Notes: generated from the letters alone by a model not told the origin. DNA of 43,167 nt from Octopus bimaculoides (GCF_001194135.2 NC_068993.1:18776749-18819915), one strand, 5' to 3'; shown: positions 26,279 to 38,799, counted from the stretch's first letter. Translations and numbers: made by a program.

Positions 26279-27270
26279 GGAACAAAAACGCAATAGAGGA
26301 CAATAAGACATGCGGACAGATAGACAATACAAAAGCAGACAGAAAAAACAACCATTAGAGGGACAGGAAAAATAGATGGGTCATTTGTGGCTTTCTTTCG
26401 TCAGTCAAGTTACCAGATGTCCCTACAGTTTCGGTAGTTACACTTGAGACTGTTCGATCTCGTTGCCCCACAAAAAGTTTAAGCTAAGAGCATTAGATTT
26501 TTTATAAGAAAGCAAAGACAAAAAACAGACGACATGGTACAGAATTACAAATACAAACAAGAATATAACAACAGGTATCTTTCAACTGAGGACGAATCAG
26601 ATTGAGCTGGCGTGTATAAAGAGAAAGCCTTAAAGTAAAAACACAGGAGATAGACTTAAAGAGGTGTTGGCGGTCGGCAGCCAAGCCAAGCAAGAAAGAT
26701 CATGGCTGACCGAACACAGATCACGTAGAAGGAGGAGCGAGGTGTAGGGGCAACGTGATTGAAGGATTAGAAAAAATCAAGGAGACAAAGGGAAAGTTAC
26801 AGGGGAGACAAACGAGGAGGAAAAGTAGGAGGTAAAGAAAGAGAGGGCCAAGAAATGTGAGAGAGGGGGAGCCAGAAAAAGAAAAGAGGAAGAAAGTATG
26901 AGGTGGACAAAAAGACAGAGTAAAAGAATCGTACACAATTTAGATACACGCTTTCTATAAAGTGAGAAAGTGTACGTGCGCCGTTATATGAATATATAAA
27001 TATAAAAAATGGAACAAAAGGGGCAACCAGATCGAACAGTCTCACGTGTAACTGCTCGAAACTGTAGGGACATCTGGTAACTTGACTGACGAAAGAAGTC
27101 CACGAATGACAAGTACTTTTCTTTCCTGTCCTTTTAATTGTTGTTTTTCCTGTCCACCTTTATTTCGTTTATCTGTCCGGATGTTTTATTGTCCTCTATT
27201 GCGTTTTTGTTCCATTTTTTAAATATTTATATTTACATATAGCGGCGCACGTACACTTTTGTTCACTATA
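26277..27270. mobile_element. Non-coding element with nested long inverted repeats (Penelope-like pLTR arrangement or fold-back)
   Basis: Inverted arms of ~195 bp at 26277-26469 and 27020-27215, and a second inverted pair of ~65 bp at 26956-27019 and 27203-27270. The repeats are directly visible; the class is inferred. Confidence 0.6.
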
Positions 27271-27271
27271 T

Positions 27272-27272
27272 C

Positions 27273-27335
<63 letters not shown>

Positions 27336-28219
27336 TGGCGTCTATTTATTTGTGTTTGTGAAAATATGTGTGTATAGCTATATGTTAATGGACTTTTGTG
27401 TTTTTTGTGAATTCTCNNNNNNNNNNNNNNNNNNNNNNNNNNNNNNNNNNNNNNNNNNNNNNNNNNNNNNNNNNNNNNNNNNNNNNNNNNNNNNNNNNNN
27501 NNNNNNNNNNNNNNNNNNNNNNNNNNNNNNNNNNNNNNNNNNNNNNNNNNNNNNNNNNNNNNNNNNNNNNNNNNNNNNNNNNNNNNNNNNNNNNNNNNNN
27601 NNNNNNNNNNNNNNNNNNNNNNNNNNNNNNNNNNNNNNNNNNNNNNNNNNNNNNNNNNNNNNNNNNNNNNNNNNNNNNNNNNNNNNNNNNNNNNNNNNNN
27701 NNNNNNNNNNNNNNNNNNNNNNNNNNNNNNNNNNNNNNNNNNNNNNNNNNNNNNNNNNNNNNNNNNNNNNNNNNNNNNNNNNNNNNNNNNNNNNNNNNNN
27801 NNNNNNNNNNNNNNNNNNNNNNNNNNNNNNNNNNNNNNNNNNNNNNNNNNNNNNNNNNNNNNNNNNNNNNNNNNNNNNNNNNNNNNNNNNNNNNNNNNNN
27901 NNNNNNNNNNNNNNNNNNNNNNNNNNNNNNNNNNNNNNNNNNNNNNNNNNNNNNNNNNNNNNNNNNNNNNNNNNNNNNNNNNNNNNNNNNNNNNNNNNNN
28001 NNNNNNNNNNNNNNNNNNNNNNNNNNNNNNNNNNNNNNNNNNNNNNNNNNNNNNNNNNNNNNNNNNNNNNNNNNNNNNNNNNNNNNNNNNNNNNNNNNNN
28101 NNNNNNNNNNNNNNNNNNNNNNNNNNNNNNNNNNNNNNNNNNNNNNNNNNNNNNNNNNNNNNNNNNNNNNNNNNNNNNNNNNNNNNNNNNNNNNNNNNNN
28201 NNNNNNNNNNNNNNNNNNN

Positions 28220-28289
<70 letters not shown>

Positions 28290-28290
28290 C
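27272..28290. repeat. (GATA)n tracts on both sides of an 804-bp gap
   Basis: GATA arrays at 27272-27335 and 28221-28290. Confidence 0.9.
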
Positions 28291-28835
28291 AGACTGTTAT
28301 GTAGACATACACACATGCACACAAACAAACATACACGTCTGTATTTAGTAGTGGTGGTGGTGGTGATGGTGATGATGATGGTCATTTATTCATCCGTTTG
28401 TACAATTACAAGCATGCAGCGCCATGCAAATATGCGTTCATAAATACATATGCATGAGCTTGTGTGAATACATATACATAGGTATGGAAGCTTATACGTC
28501 ACAAGAAAAAAAAAACAACATGCAAAATATACGAAAACGGCGTTATAATAACAGTATAATGGCTTTATGCAAAGAATTTCATGATCAGATCTGATAGATG
28601 CTAGACAACAAAAGGATAAGAAAAACTGCAAAAGCAATAATAACAACTGCAATAAACACGTCATCATCATGGCTAACATATATCACTACATACTTGAAAA
28701 TAATATCTAAATTCCAATGAAAGGGCATTTTTCCTGGATAGTATGTTTATATGTCTGAGGCACTTCCGAGAAGCTCTTTGTATCTAGAAAGCACTTTCCG
28801 CTTGTAATCCATTTGTTGGGACCCGCATCTTAGAT

Positions 28836-28980
28836 ATTGGTTTCGAATATTGGCACGGCCAGAAATTTCGAGGGAGGAGGGTAAGTCGATTACACCGATC
28901 CCCAATATTCAGCTAGTACTTATTTTATCAACCCTGAAATGATGAAAAGTGAAGTGAATTTGAACTGAAAACGTAAAGAC
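28836..28980 (-). mobile_element. Family B SINE, 3' part
   Basis: TTGGTTTCGAATATTGGCAC tail and GTACTTATTTTATCAACCCTG core. Confidence 0.75.
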
Positions 28981-29294
28981 ATATGTGCATATGTATTTGT
29001 ATGTATACACACAAACACACACACACAGAGAAACACATGTGGAGAGAATGACTGAACAGTTAAATAGTCTGCTTCGACCTTAGGCAGTGCCTTGGGCAAG
29101 TGCTTTTAACATAGCCTCGGATGAAATCAAGGCTTGTCAGTCAAACTGAGCAGATAGAAGCCGCATTGGGGTTTGTCTGAGTTATCATACCTTTAATTCA
29201 AAATGAGATATTTATATGCCTGTGACACTTCCGAGAATCTCTTTGTGTCTGGAAAGTACTTTTCGCTTGCAACCATTATAAATGTCCATTTGTA

Positions 29295-30490
29295 GAGTGG
29301 TTACATAACTTTCTGAAACATAGAAGTCAGGCAGTAGTGGCAAATGACGCCACCTCAATGAAAACACAAATAGTGAGCGGTGTTCCACAGGGCACTGTCT
29401 TGGCACCACTGGTTTTCATAGTGGTCCTCTCAGATATGCCCTCAACTGCCCGGATAGCCACCCTTGCTAGCTACGCAGACAATACGAAAGTCTCGCAGAA
29501 AATACAGAACCCCAGCGATGTTGCACATCTGCAGCAAGAGTTGGACTCAATTTACAGATGGGGTGAAGATAATAACATGCAGGTTAATGCTGAAAAATTC
29601 CAAGCTCTGCGCTACCAGCGTCCAAAACTGAATATGAAATTTATAGAGTACACTGGTCCACAGGGTATTACAATCCCAGAGCCTAAATCAGTGAAGGACC
29701 TGTATATCGACATGAGTGATGATACCTCTTTCCAAGTGCACATCAGTAGGATGGAGACAAAGTAAAGACGACTGGCCGGCTGGATCCTGAGAATATTCAG
29801 AACCAGAGATAAGGAAACCATGATGGTCTTCTGGAGGATATTAGTCCTCAGCCGCCTGGATTACTGCTCTCAGCTATGGTTACCCAACAGTGTAAAATTA
29901 ACAGCGGACCTTGAAGCAATCCAGCGAGGCTTCACAACGAAGATTGTCTCTTTGCAACAGCTCAGCTACTGGGAAAGGCTGAAACAGTTAAGACTCTACT
30001 CCCTGGATCGAAGGCGGGAGAGGTATGCAGTAATATACATCTGGAAGATCCTGGAAGGAATTGTGCCAAATTTTGGCATTGAAAGCTACACCAATGCCAG
30101 AACAGGTCGACACTGCACAGTGCCAAAGATCTCAGCAATGCCATCGGGCTTCAGGACCAGTTACTGCAACAGCCTGGGTTTCAAGGGCTCACAGCTTTTT
30201 AATATTCTCCCACAGAGCCTGAGGAATCTACACAAAGTAGATGTAGGCGTTTTTAAATCAAGACTGGACCTCTCCCTGTCGAGAGTCCCAGATGAACCTA
30301 CTTCATGGTAGATGAACCTACCTCACGGTAGATGAACCTACCTCACGGTAGATGAACCTACATTAAACTCCATTCTACACCAAGTGCCACGTATTAGATG
30401 AGGGTCTCAGTAATAACAGTGTAGCAAAACGGCGGTGCTTCATGGCCACAGCTATGAGCTGAAACTACAAAAAAAGAAATTAAAAAAAAT
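29295..30490 (+). mobile_element. 5'-truncated CR1/L2-type non-LTR retrotransposon: RT C-terminal half and 3' UTR
   Basis: WLHNFLKHRSQAVVAN, SGVPQGTVLAPLVF, YADN (YADD mutated), WGEDNNMQVNAEKF, LVLSRLDYCSQLW, YWERLKQLRLYSLDRRRER. ORFs 29337 and 29820 share one frame, separated by a single TAA (29763-29765). The 3' end is A-rich. Confidence 0.93.
30291..30361 (+). repeat. 20-bp tandem repeat x3.5 (GATGAACCTACCTCACGGTA) at the end of the LINE ORF
   Basis: Directly visible units start at 30291, 30311, 30331 and 30351. Confidence 0.95.
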
Positions 30491-30491
30491 A

Positions 30492-30655
30492 TACGGCGGG
30501 CTTCTTCAAGTTTCCGTCTACCAAATCCACTCACAAGGTTTTAGTCGGCCCGAGGCTATAGCAGAAGACACTTGCCCAAGGTGCCATGCAGTGGGACTGA
30601 ACCCAGGACCATGTGGTTGGTAAGCAAGTTATTTACCATATAGCCACTCGTGCGC
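30492..30655 (-). mobile_element. SINE family C, 5' half
   Basis: CAGTGGGACTGAACCC B-box (reverse complement) and AGAAGACACTTGCCCAAGG. Confidence 0.85.
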
Positions 30656-30881
30656 CATGTTTAGATTATTGGGATTACTCTACGACGATGACAGTAATAA
30701 CAGCAGCAGGAGCAGTAACAGCAACAACTGCAATATTTAAAACAAAAAATAACAAGAACCAAGAGCTTCTCACATATTTAGTTACTTCTCTATATACGAT
30801 GACTGATATCCCACCAAACTTAACTTTGCCTTTTCTCCGATGTAGATAACATAAGAATCAATAGCATACTCAGGCAAATTC

Positions 30882-30919
<38 letters not shown>

Positions 30920-31223
30920 TAACAGTGCTAAACAATGCTGAGGATTCATTTGTTCCCCATAACCACTTAACGCTGCTATTCCTGTAAATATTCTGATCAG
31001 GCGGTCCACGAACGCAACTCAGTCGCTAATATTATTGGCTGTTCTAAGATAAAGCTATGTGTCCAGGAGTCCGCTAGAGGGAAACATTGAGCAGGTAAAG
31101 CTCTTTTACTCCTTCTACCAAAAGTGAAAATTTCTTCTCCACGGTAAATGCAGTGAATTTGCCCTTAGAGGTTAAAATATGTCCCAACCATATTTTAGCT
31201 AACCTACAGTGTGTGTGTGTGTG

Positions 31224-31291
<68 letters not shown>

Positions 31292-31890
31292 TGTGTGTGA
31301 CACTTTGAAAATTCGGCATGGTGCTTAAAGAACATGATAATATCTCTCTGTGCTGTTAGACAGTGTTAAACGTGAAGTGTACTTTGTCTCCTACGACTCC
31401 TTGTCTTCGACCACGCCACCCACTTCGTATAAACAACTACGGCTGTTTATTCCGAATAAAATCGATTTCATCTCATGAATTCTAGTTAAATAAAGTATTC
31501 TGCAGCTCATACTTAGAATTCCAACATTCCTATTGTTGTCGTTAAACCTAGTAGTACGGTCGTGATTCTATATCAAGATTTTCATATTTAGAAAGAGGAA
31601 AAAGAAGGGAAAAAAATGTCAATAAAAAGTGTGAAAGAAAGAGGAAAAGCGAAAAGGAAAGAATGAGAGATAAATGCCAGGGGGGAGGGGAGGAGAGGGG
31701 GAGAAAACAACGCAACAAATGAATGTTGCAGGTAATTGTTTGGGTGATAATGATGGGCGACTTAATGTTGAAGTTAGCAAAGATTACCATTAATATTACA
31801 GGAGAACCGGATAAAGAGATATAAATTGATGTCGCTTGTGATATCAACAACTAACATTGTGTATTTACTGTGACAAAATAACCATGAACA

Positions 31891-32680
31891 ATTGGATGGC
31901 CCGCAATCGGCGAAAAGAATTGTTGCGGTCATCAGTGACGTCATCAGCGGAAATAAAGCTCATATAGTTTGTCTGTTAAAAGACAGGATTCGAGGTCACA
32001 AGTATCGAATGATTAATTACAGTGTCAGAATATAGGTCGTAATGCAAACTGAGCACGCCAATGAATAGAAGTCGAGAGAGAGAGAGAGAGAGAGAGCGGC
32101 CTGGATGTGCATATATAACATAATAGTAGGCAACTTGATTTTCGTGATTTCCCGTTCTTTTGCATTTATGACCGGAAGTAATATATTCTTATAACCTTCA
32201 ATGGCGAAAATTGTCCCGTGCGGAACGGAGAAACATTTTATTGTAAAAGGCTTATGATAAATAGCATCATAAACGATAGCTTGGAATAAAAGGAAAGATG
32301 AGTTGTCTATTTCGAAAAGAGACAAGTTTGCTCTTTTATTTTTGTAACAAACGAGAAATATTCGATATGCCTCTATAATGAGCGGATGTTGCAAACATTG
32401 AACAAAACTGAATAGACTCCACCACTAACTTAGAAATTCTCTACGGAACTAAGCTCTAAAAGTTCCCGGAAATAAGCAAAGAAATGAGAATTTTCGTAGT
32501 AGCTATCCCTGTCTTCAATCTTGTTTAATCGCTTCCATTTTTTTAAAAACTTTAATCAATGCTTCTGCAGCAGGATCCATACACTTTGACGATCTCTTTA
32601 CCGATGTATAGCCAACGAGGAATAAAGATAAAAATAAAGATGAAGAATGCGCGCAAATTAATATTACTCTTACTTCCGGT
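31891..32680. promoter_or_regulatory. Candidate promoter or regulatory region
   Basis: ATTGG (31891), a perfect CRE TGACGTCA (31936-31943), and two oppositely oriented ETS motifs ACCGGAAGT (32171) and ACTTCCGGT (32672). Motif evidence only. Confidence 0.3.
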
Positions 32681-32828
32681 CTCAGACAAAAGATTTTTCC
32701 GAAAAGAAATGTTTCCGAAATAGCCATTTCTTTCTAATTTATTCTGAATTGACACAACTATACTTTGCCAATTTTCTACGGTTAAAGTGTATGCGTGTGT
32801 GAATGTGTGTGTGTGAATGTGTATGTAG

Positions 32829-32868
<40 letters not shown>

Positions 32869-33667
32869 NNNNNNNNNNNNNNNNNNNNNNNNNNNNNNNN
32901 NNNNNNNNNNNNNNNNNNNNNNNNNNNNNNNNNNNNNNNNNNNNNNNNNNNNNNNNNNNNNNNNNNNNNNNNNNNNNNNNNNNNNNNNNNNNNNNNNNNN
33001 NNNNNNNNNNNNNNNNNNNNNNNNNNNNNNNNNNNNNNNNNNNNNNNNNNNNNNNNNNNNNNNNNNNNNNNNNNNNNNNNNNNNNNNNNNNNNNNNNNNN
33101 NNNNNNNNNNNNNNNNNNNNNNNNNNNNNNNNNNNNNNNNNNNNNNNNNNNNNNNNNNNNNNNNNNNNNNNNNNNNNNNNNNNNNNNNNNNNNNNNNNNN
33201 NNNNNNNNNNNNNNNNNNNNNNNNNNNNNNNNNNNNNNNNNNNNNNNNNNNNNNNNNNNNNNNNNNNNNNNNNNNNNNNNNNNNNNNNNNNNNNNNNNNN
33301 NNNNNNNNNNNNNNNNNNNNNNNNNNNNNNNNNNNNNNNNNNNNNNNNNNNNNNNNNNNNNNNNNNNNNNNNNNNNNNNNNNNNNNNNNNNNGTGTGTGT
33401 GTGTGTGCGTGTGTGTGTGTGCGTGTGTGTGTGTGCGTGTGTGTGTGTGCGTGTGCGTGTGTGTATGAATATATATATATATAGAGAGAGATGATAGATA
33501 GATAGTTAGATAGATAGACACACACTCACCACACACACATATGATACACATACATACATACACACATATATATACATACATACATACATACATACATGCA
33601 TGCATACATACATACATACATGCATGCATACAAACATACATACTTTCATATATATATATATATATCT

Positions 33668-34071
33668 TTTACTCTCTCTTTTACTTGTTTCAGTCATTTG
33701 ACTGTGGCCATGCTGGAGCACCGCCTTTAGTCGAGCAAATCGACCCCAGGACTTATTCTTTGGAAGCCTAGTACTTATTCTATCGGTGTCATTTGCCGAA
33801 CCGCTAAGTTACGGGGACATAAACACACCAGCATCGGTTGTCAAGCGATGTTGGGGGGACAAACACAGACATACAAACACATACACACATACATATATAT
33901 ATACATATATACGACGGGCTTCTTTCAGTTTCCGTCTACGAAAATCCACACACAGGGCTTTGGTCGGCCTGACGCTATAGTAGAAGACACCTGCCCAAGA
34001 TGCCACGCAGTGGGACTGAACCCGGGACCATGTGGTTGGTAAGCAAGCTAGTTACCACACAGCCACTCCTA
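33668..34071 (-). mobile_element. SINE family C, full length and little diverged
   Basis: tRNA-like head (GGAGTGGCTGTGTGGTAA; GGTTCAGTCCC), short internal TA/CA tract and tail ...GACTGAAACAAGTAAAAGAG. The 3' half is nearly identical to 34702-34905 and 42932-43140. Confidence 0.9.
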
Positions 34072-34314
34072 GGTTTATGTATGTATGTGTGTGTGAATAT
34101 TTCTGGTGGGAGAGGGGTGCGCGCATTCATGTGTATCTATTAATGTACTTGTTTATTGTTTATAAGATATTGTCGTCTAAATATACACAAGCATATTCAT
34201 GCATATAAACACATAGACGCAACCTACCTACCTACCAATCTATCTATCAATCTATCAATCTATCTATCTGTCTATCTACTTATCTTTACCTGCATACGCA
34301 CATACTTACATACA

Positions 34315-34359
<45 letters not shown>

Positions 34360-34701
34360 TTGCATACGTACGCACATACACACAACACACGCATACATAC
34401 TTTATATATAATTTTTTTTTTCTCCTCATGTGGTAGAAAAGCATAAAAGCGATTCATAGTGAGTAGTGTATTAATATATGTTAATTTATGTAAGGTAGCC
34501 AAAGGATTACGATGTTTTTTTATTACTTTCAAGCTTGCTCGCATCTACAGACCGAACAGACCGAACAAAACTGCAAGTCGGCAGACAATCCCAAGCCGTT
34601 TCACACCAACTGGAATATACAATACACACAGAGAATGTATGTATGTACGTACGTATGTATGTATGTATGTATGGATGGATGGATGTATGTATGTATGTTT
34701 G

Positions 34702-34882
34702 TACTCTTTTACTTGTTTCAGTCATTTGAATGTGGCCATGCTGGAGCACCGCCTTTAGTCGAGCAAATCGACTCCAAGACTTATTCTTTGTAAGCCTAGT
34801 ACTTATTCTATCGGTATCTTTTGCCGAACCGCTAAGTTACGGGGACGTAAACACACCAGCATTGGTTGTCAAGCGATGTTCG

Positions 34883-34905
<23 letters not shown>
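34702..34905 (-). mobile_element. SINE family C, 3' half
   Basis: Nearly identical to 33672-33870; ends in the internal CA tract. Confidence 0.9.
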
Positions 34906-34917
<12 letters not shown>

Positions 34918-35410
34918 CTGCACACACGCGGGTACACACACACACACACCCACACGCACACACATACAGTTACACGCATGCACACACANNNNNNNNNNNN
35001 NNNNNNNNNNNNNNNNNNNNNNNNNNNNNNNNNNNNNNNNNNNNNNNNNNNNNNNNNNNNNNNNNNNNNNNNNNNNNNNNNNNNNNNNNNNNNNNNNNNN
35101 CTCTCTTTTCCCCCGCTCGCGCTCTCTCTCTCTTTGTCTGTCTGTCTGTCTACCTGTCTGTCTGTCTGTCTGCCTGTCTCCCCCCTCTCACCCCCCTCTC
35201 TCTTTATGAATTGAGATGTTGATATTTAAAGCCATGTGACATCTAAACATGCCAGCCTATAAATAAAAGAGTTTCAGTCTTGTCAGACTGTGTGTATCGT
35301 CTGGAAGGTGTCGTATCTTTCTTCTGACTGTAAAATGCGATTTGCCAGAGATATTTAACTATGAAGTTTAGCTGGTCGAGCTACGACATTCTTAACTAGC
35401 ACTCTCTGGG

Positions 35411-35979
35411 TTACGATGAAGAAGTTTCCAATTGATTCGATCACCGGAACTGCCTGCTCAGGAAATTAACGTGCATGTGGTTGAGTATTCCACAGACATG
35501 TGTACCTTTAACATACTTCTCAGAAATTCAGCGTGGCACAGAGCATGACAAGGATAGCTCCTTTGAAATACAGGTACTACTCATTTTGGCAAACTGAATG
35601 AACTGGAGCAACGTGAAATATAGTGTCTTCCTGAAGGACACAACGCATCGCTGGGAATTGAACTCACGACCTTGCGACCACGAACCGGTTACCCTAACCA
35701 CTAAACCACGCGCCTTCATGCAACTATGTTGTTGTTGGCACTCCGTCGCTTACGACGTCGAGGGTTCCAGTTGATCCGATCAACGGAACAGCCTGCTCGT
35801 GAAATTAACGTGCAAGTGGCTGAGTACTCCACAGACACGTGTACCCTTAACGTAGTTCTCGGGGATATTCAGCGTGACACAGTGTGACAAGGCTGACCCT
35901 TTGAATTACAGGCACAACAGAAACAGGAAGTAAGAGTGAGAGAAATTTGTGGTGGAAGAGTACAGCAGGGTTCACCACC
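35411..35979 (-). mobile_element. Tandem SINEs: short family A variant (35411-35719) and family A 3' part (35728-35979)
   Basis: The first is paralogous to 18280-18571. The second is nearly identical to 316-569 and runs into a gap. Confidence 0.85.
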
Positions 35980-36306
35980 NNNNNNNNNNNNNNNNNNNNN
36001 NNNNNNNNNNNNNNNNNNNNNNNNNNNNNNNNNNNNNNNNNNNNNNNNNNNNNNNNNNNNNNNNNNNNNNNNNNNNNNNNNNNNNNNNNNNNNNNNNNNN
36101 NNNNNNNNNNNNNNNNNNNNNNNNNNNNNNNNNNNNNNNNNNNNNNNNNNNNNNNNNNNNNNNNNNNNNNNNNNNNNNNNNNNNNNNNNNNNNNNNNNNN
36201 NNNNNNNNNNNNNNNNNNNNNNNNNNNNNNNNNNNNNNNNNNNNNNNNNNNNNNNNNNNNNNNNNNNNNNNNNNNNNNNNNNNNNNNNNNNNNNNNNNNN
36301 NNNNNN

Positions 36307-36505
36307 TTTTACTTGCTCAGTCATTCGACTGCGGCCATGCTGGAGCACCGAATTGAGGGATTAAAGCCGAACTAATCGACCCAGAATTTATTTTCTTGTT
36401 AAGCCTAGTACTTATTCTACCCTTCCTTTTTGCCGAACCGCTAAGTTTCAGGGACGTAAACTCACCAACACCGGTTGACAAGTGGTGGTGGGGAACAAAC
36501 ACAGA
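36307..36505 (-). mobile_element. SINE family C, 3' half
   Basis: TTTTACTTGCTCAGTCATTCGACTGCGGCCATGCTGGAGCACC...GCCGAACCGCTAAG. Confidence 0.85.
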
Positions 36506-36844
36506 CATAATTATATCTTTTATCTATTTTTTTTTACAACTTCTACTTTCTTTATCCGCATTATCGAGACTGAGAAGACGAACTCATCTTCAAACCGTAT
36601 ACTAAACCCGAAGGGTTGCGACAAAGTGAACTTCACGAAAGGTATCCAAGGACTAAGTAAAAGCGTTAAGCCAGGGACAACAGAGTGGACTCTATTAAAG
36701 ACATCCAAGAACCAGGCGGTTGTGTTAACAGACTGGACACTGCTAAAGACACCCCAAGGATCAGGTGTAGTTGAACCGGGTGACAAGAGTGAACTCCAGT
36801 ATAATTACCCAATGGCCAAGTAAGGTGCCAAAGTGGGTGACAGA

Positions 36845-36984
36845 CATTAGCGTAGCCAGAGTGGTGGCGGAGGGAGCGGCATCACTTTTGGGTCTGCTGT
36901 AGGCAATATGTATTTTCCGTCGGGACCCGGGTGCAGCAAAGTGAGCGGCCGCCCCTGGAGGCATACACTCCAGCTACGCTAGTG
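36845..36984. mobile_element. 140-bp GC-rich MITE, hAT-like
   Basis: 12-bp TIRs CATTAGCGTAGC / GCTACGCTAGTG (11/12 match), with flanks GTGACAGA and GCGACAAA (6/8 match) consistent with an 8-bp TSD. Confidence 0.7.
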
Positions 36985-37076
36985 GCGACAAATTAAGTTT
37001 AAACCCAAAGAACACAAAACGTGGAGAACTGGAACAAATTCTTCAAAGTATGTTGCTCCAAGCTTTAACAATTCCG

Positions 37077-38042
<966 letters not shown>

Positions 38043-38473
38043 TCTTTATGACCTTTACTGATAACTGTTTCTTATATTACCCAAAATTCACAGATTCTGA
38101 TGTGGAAAAAGCCTGCCTCGTCGATAAAATTGATCCAGTATACTGGTAGTTCTTATCGTTAATATTATTCTCCTGCGGTCAACTTATGAATCACTTTAAC
38201 TATGGAATGAAATAGGAGACATAATCTATTGTACATACAACGTTAATATTATTCATAAGTTAATTGATTGATAGACTATGGAATGAAACCGAAGACATAA
38301 TTTATTATAACTACATTTATATCATATGTATTTATATATATGTGTGTGTGTGTAAGAGTAAGAGAGAGGGAGAGAGTGAGAGAGAGAGAGAGAGAGAGAA
38401 AGAAAGAAAAAGAGAAAGAGAGAGAGGGACAGAGAAGCAGAGAAGAAGAAAAAGACAAAAAGAGGGAGAGAGA

Positions 38474-38720
38474 GGTGGGGAGGCGCGTGGTCGAGTGATT
38501 AGGTCGCTGCTCTCCCGATCACAAGATCATGGTTTCAATTCCCAGACCGACGGTAGCGCTGTATTCTTGAGCAAAACACTTCATTTGAGGTTGCGTCAGT
38601 CCATCCAGTTGCAAATGAGTGACCCTGCATTCCGTTCAGGGATATTGTTGACTTGCCCGCCTAGCTAGCGGGGTGATATCATTCGAAAGCTAAAACAATG
38701 CGAAGAACCGCACTGTCATC
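38474..38720 (+). mobile_element. tRNA-derived SINE with a family A-type head and a different body
   Basis: GGAGGCGCGTGGTCGAGTGATTAGG A-box, GGTTTCAATTCC B-box and CTTGAGCAAAACACTTCATTT. Confidence 0.6.
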
Positions 38721-38766
38721 ATTGGTGTATAACAACATTCCGATAGACTGGTCGATACAGCGAAAG

Positions 38767-38799
<33 letters not shown>

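Noticed and set aside
27050-27100. Hammerhead-like words CGAAAC and CTGACGA in the inverted-repeat element
   Set aside because: The order and spacing do not allow stems I-III to form in cis by manual pairing. Dimeric folds were not tested.
30291-30361. CRISPR-like appearance of the 20-bp repeat
   Set aside because: There are no spacers, the context is eukaryotic, and it lies inside a LINE.
31925-31950. Tandem CTGATGA (box C/D-like) on the minus strand
   Set aside because: No terminal stem or properly spaced box D; better explained as the flanks of the CRE palindrome.
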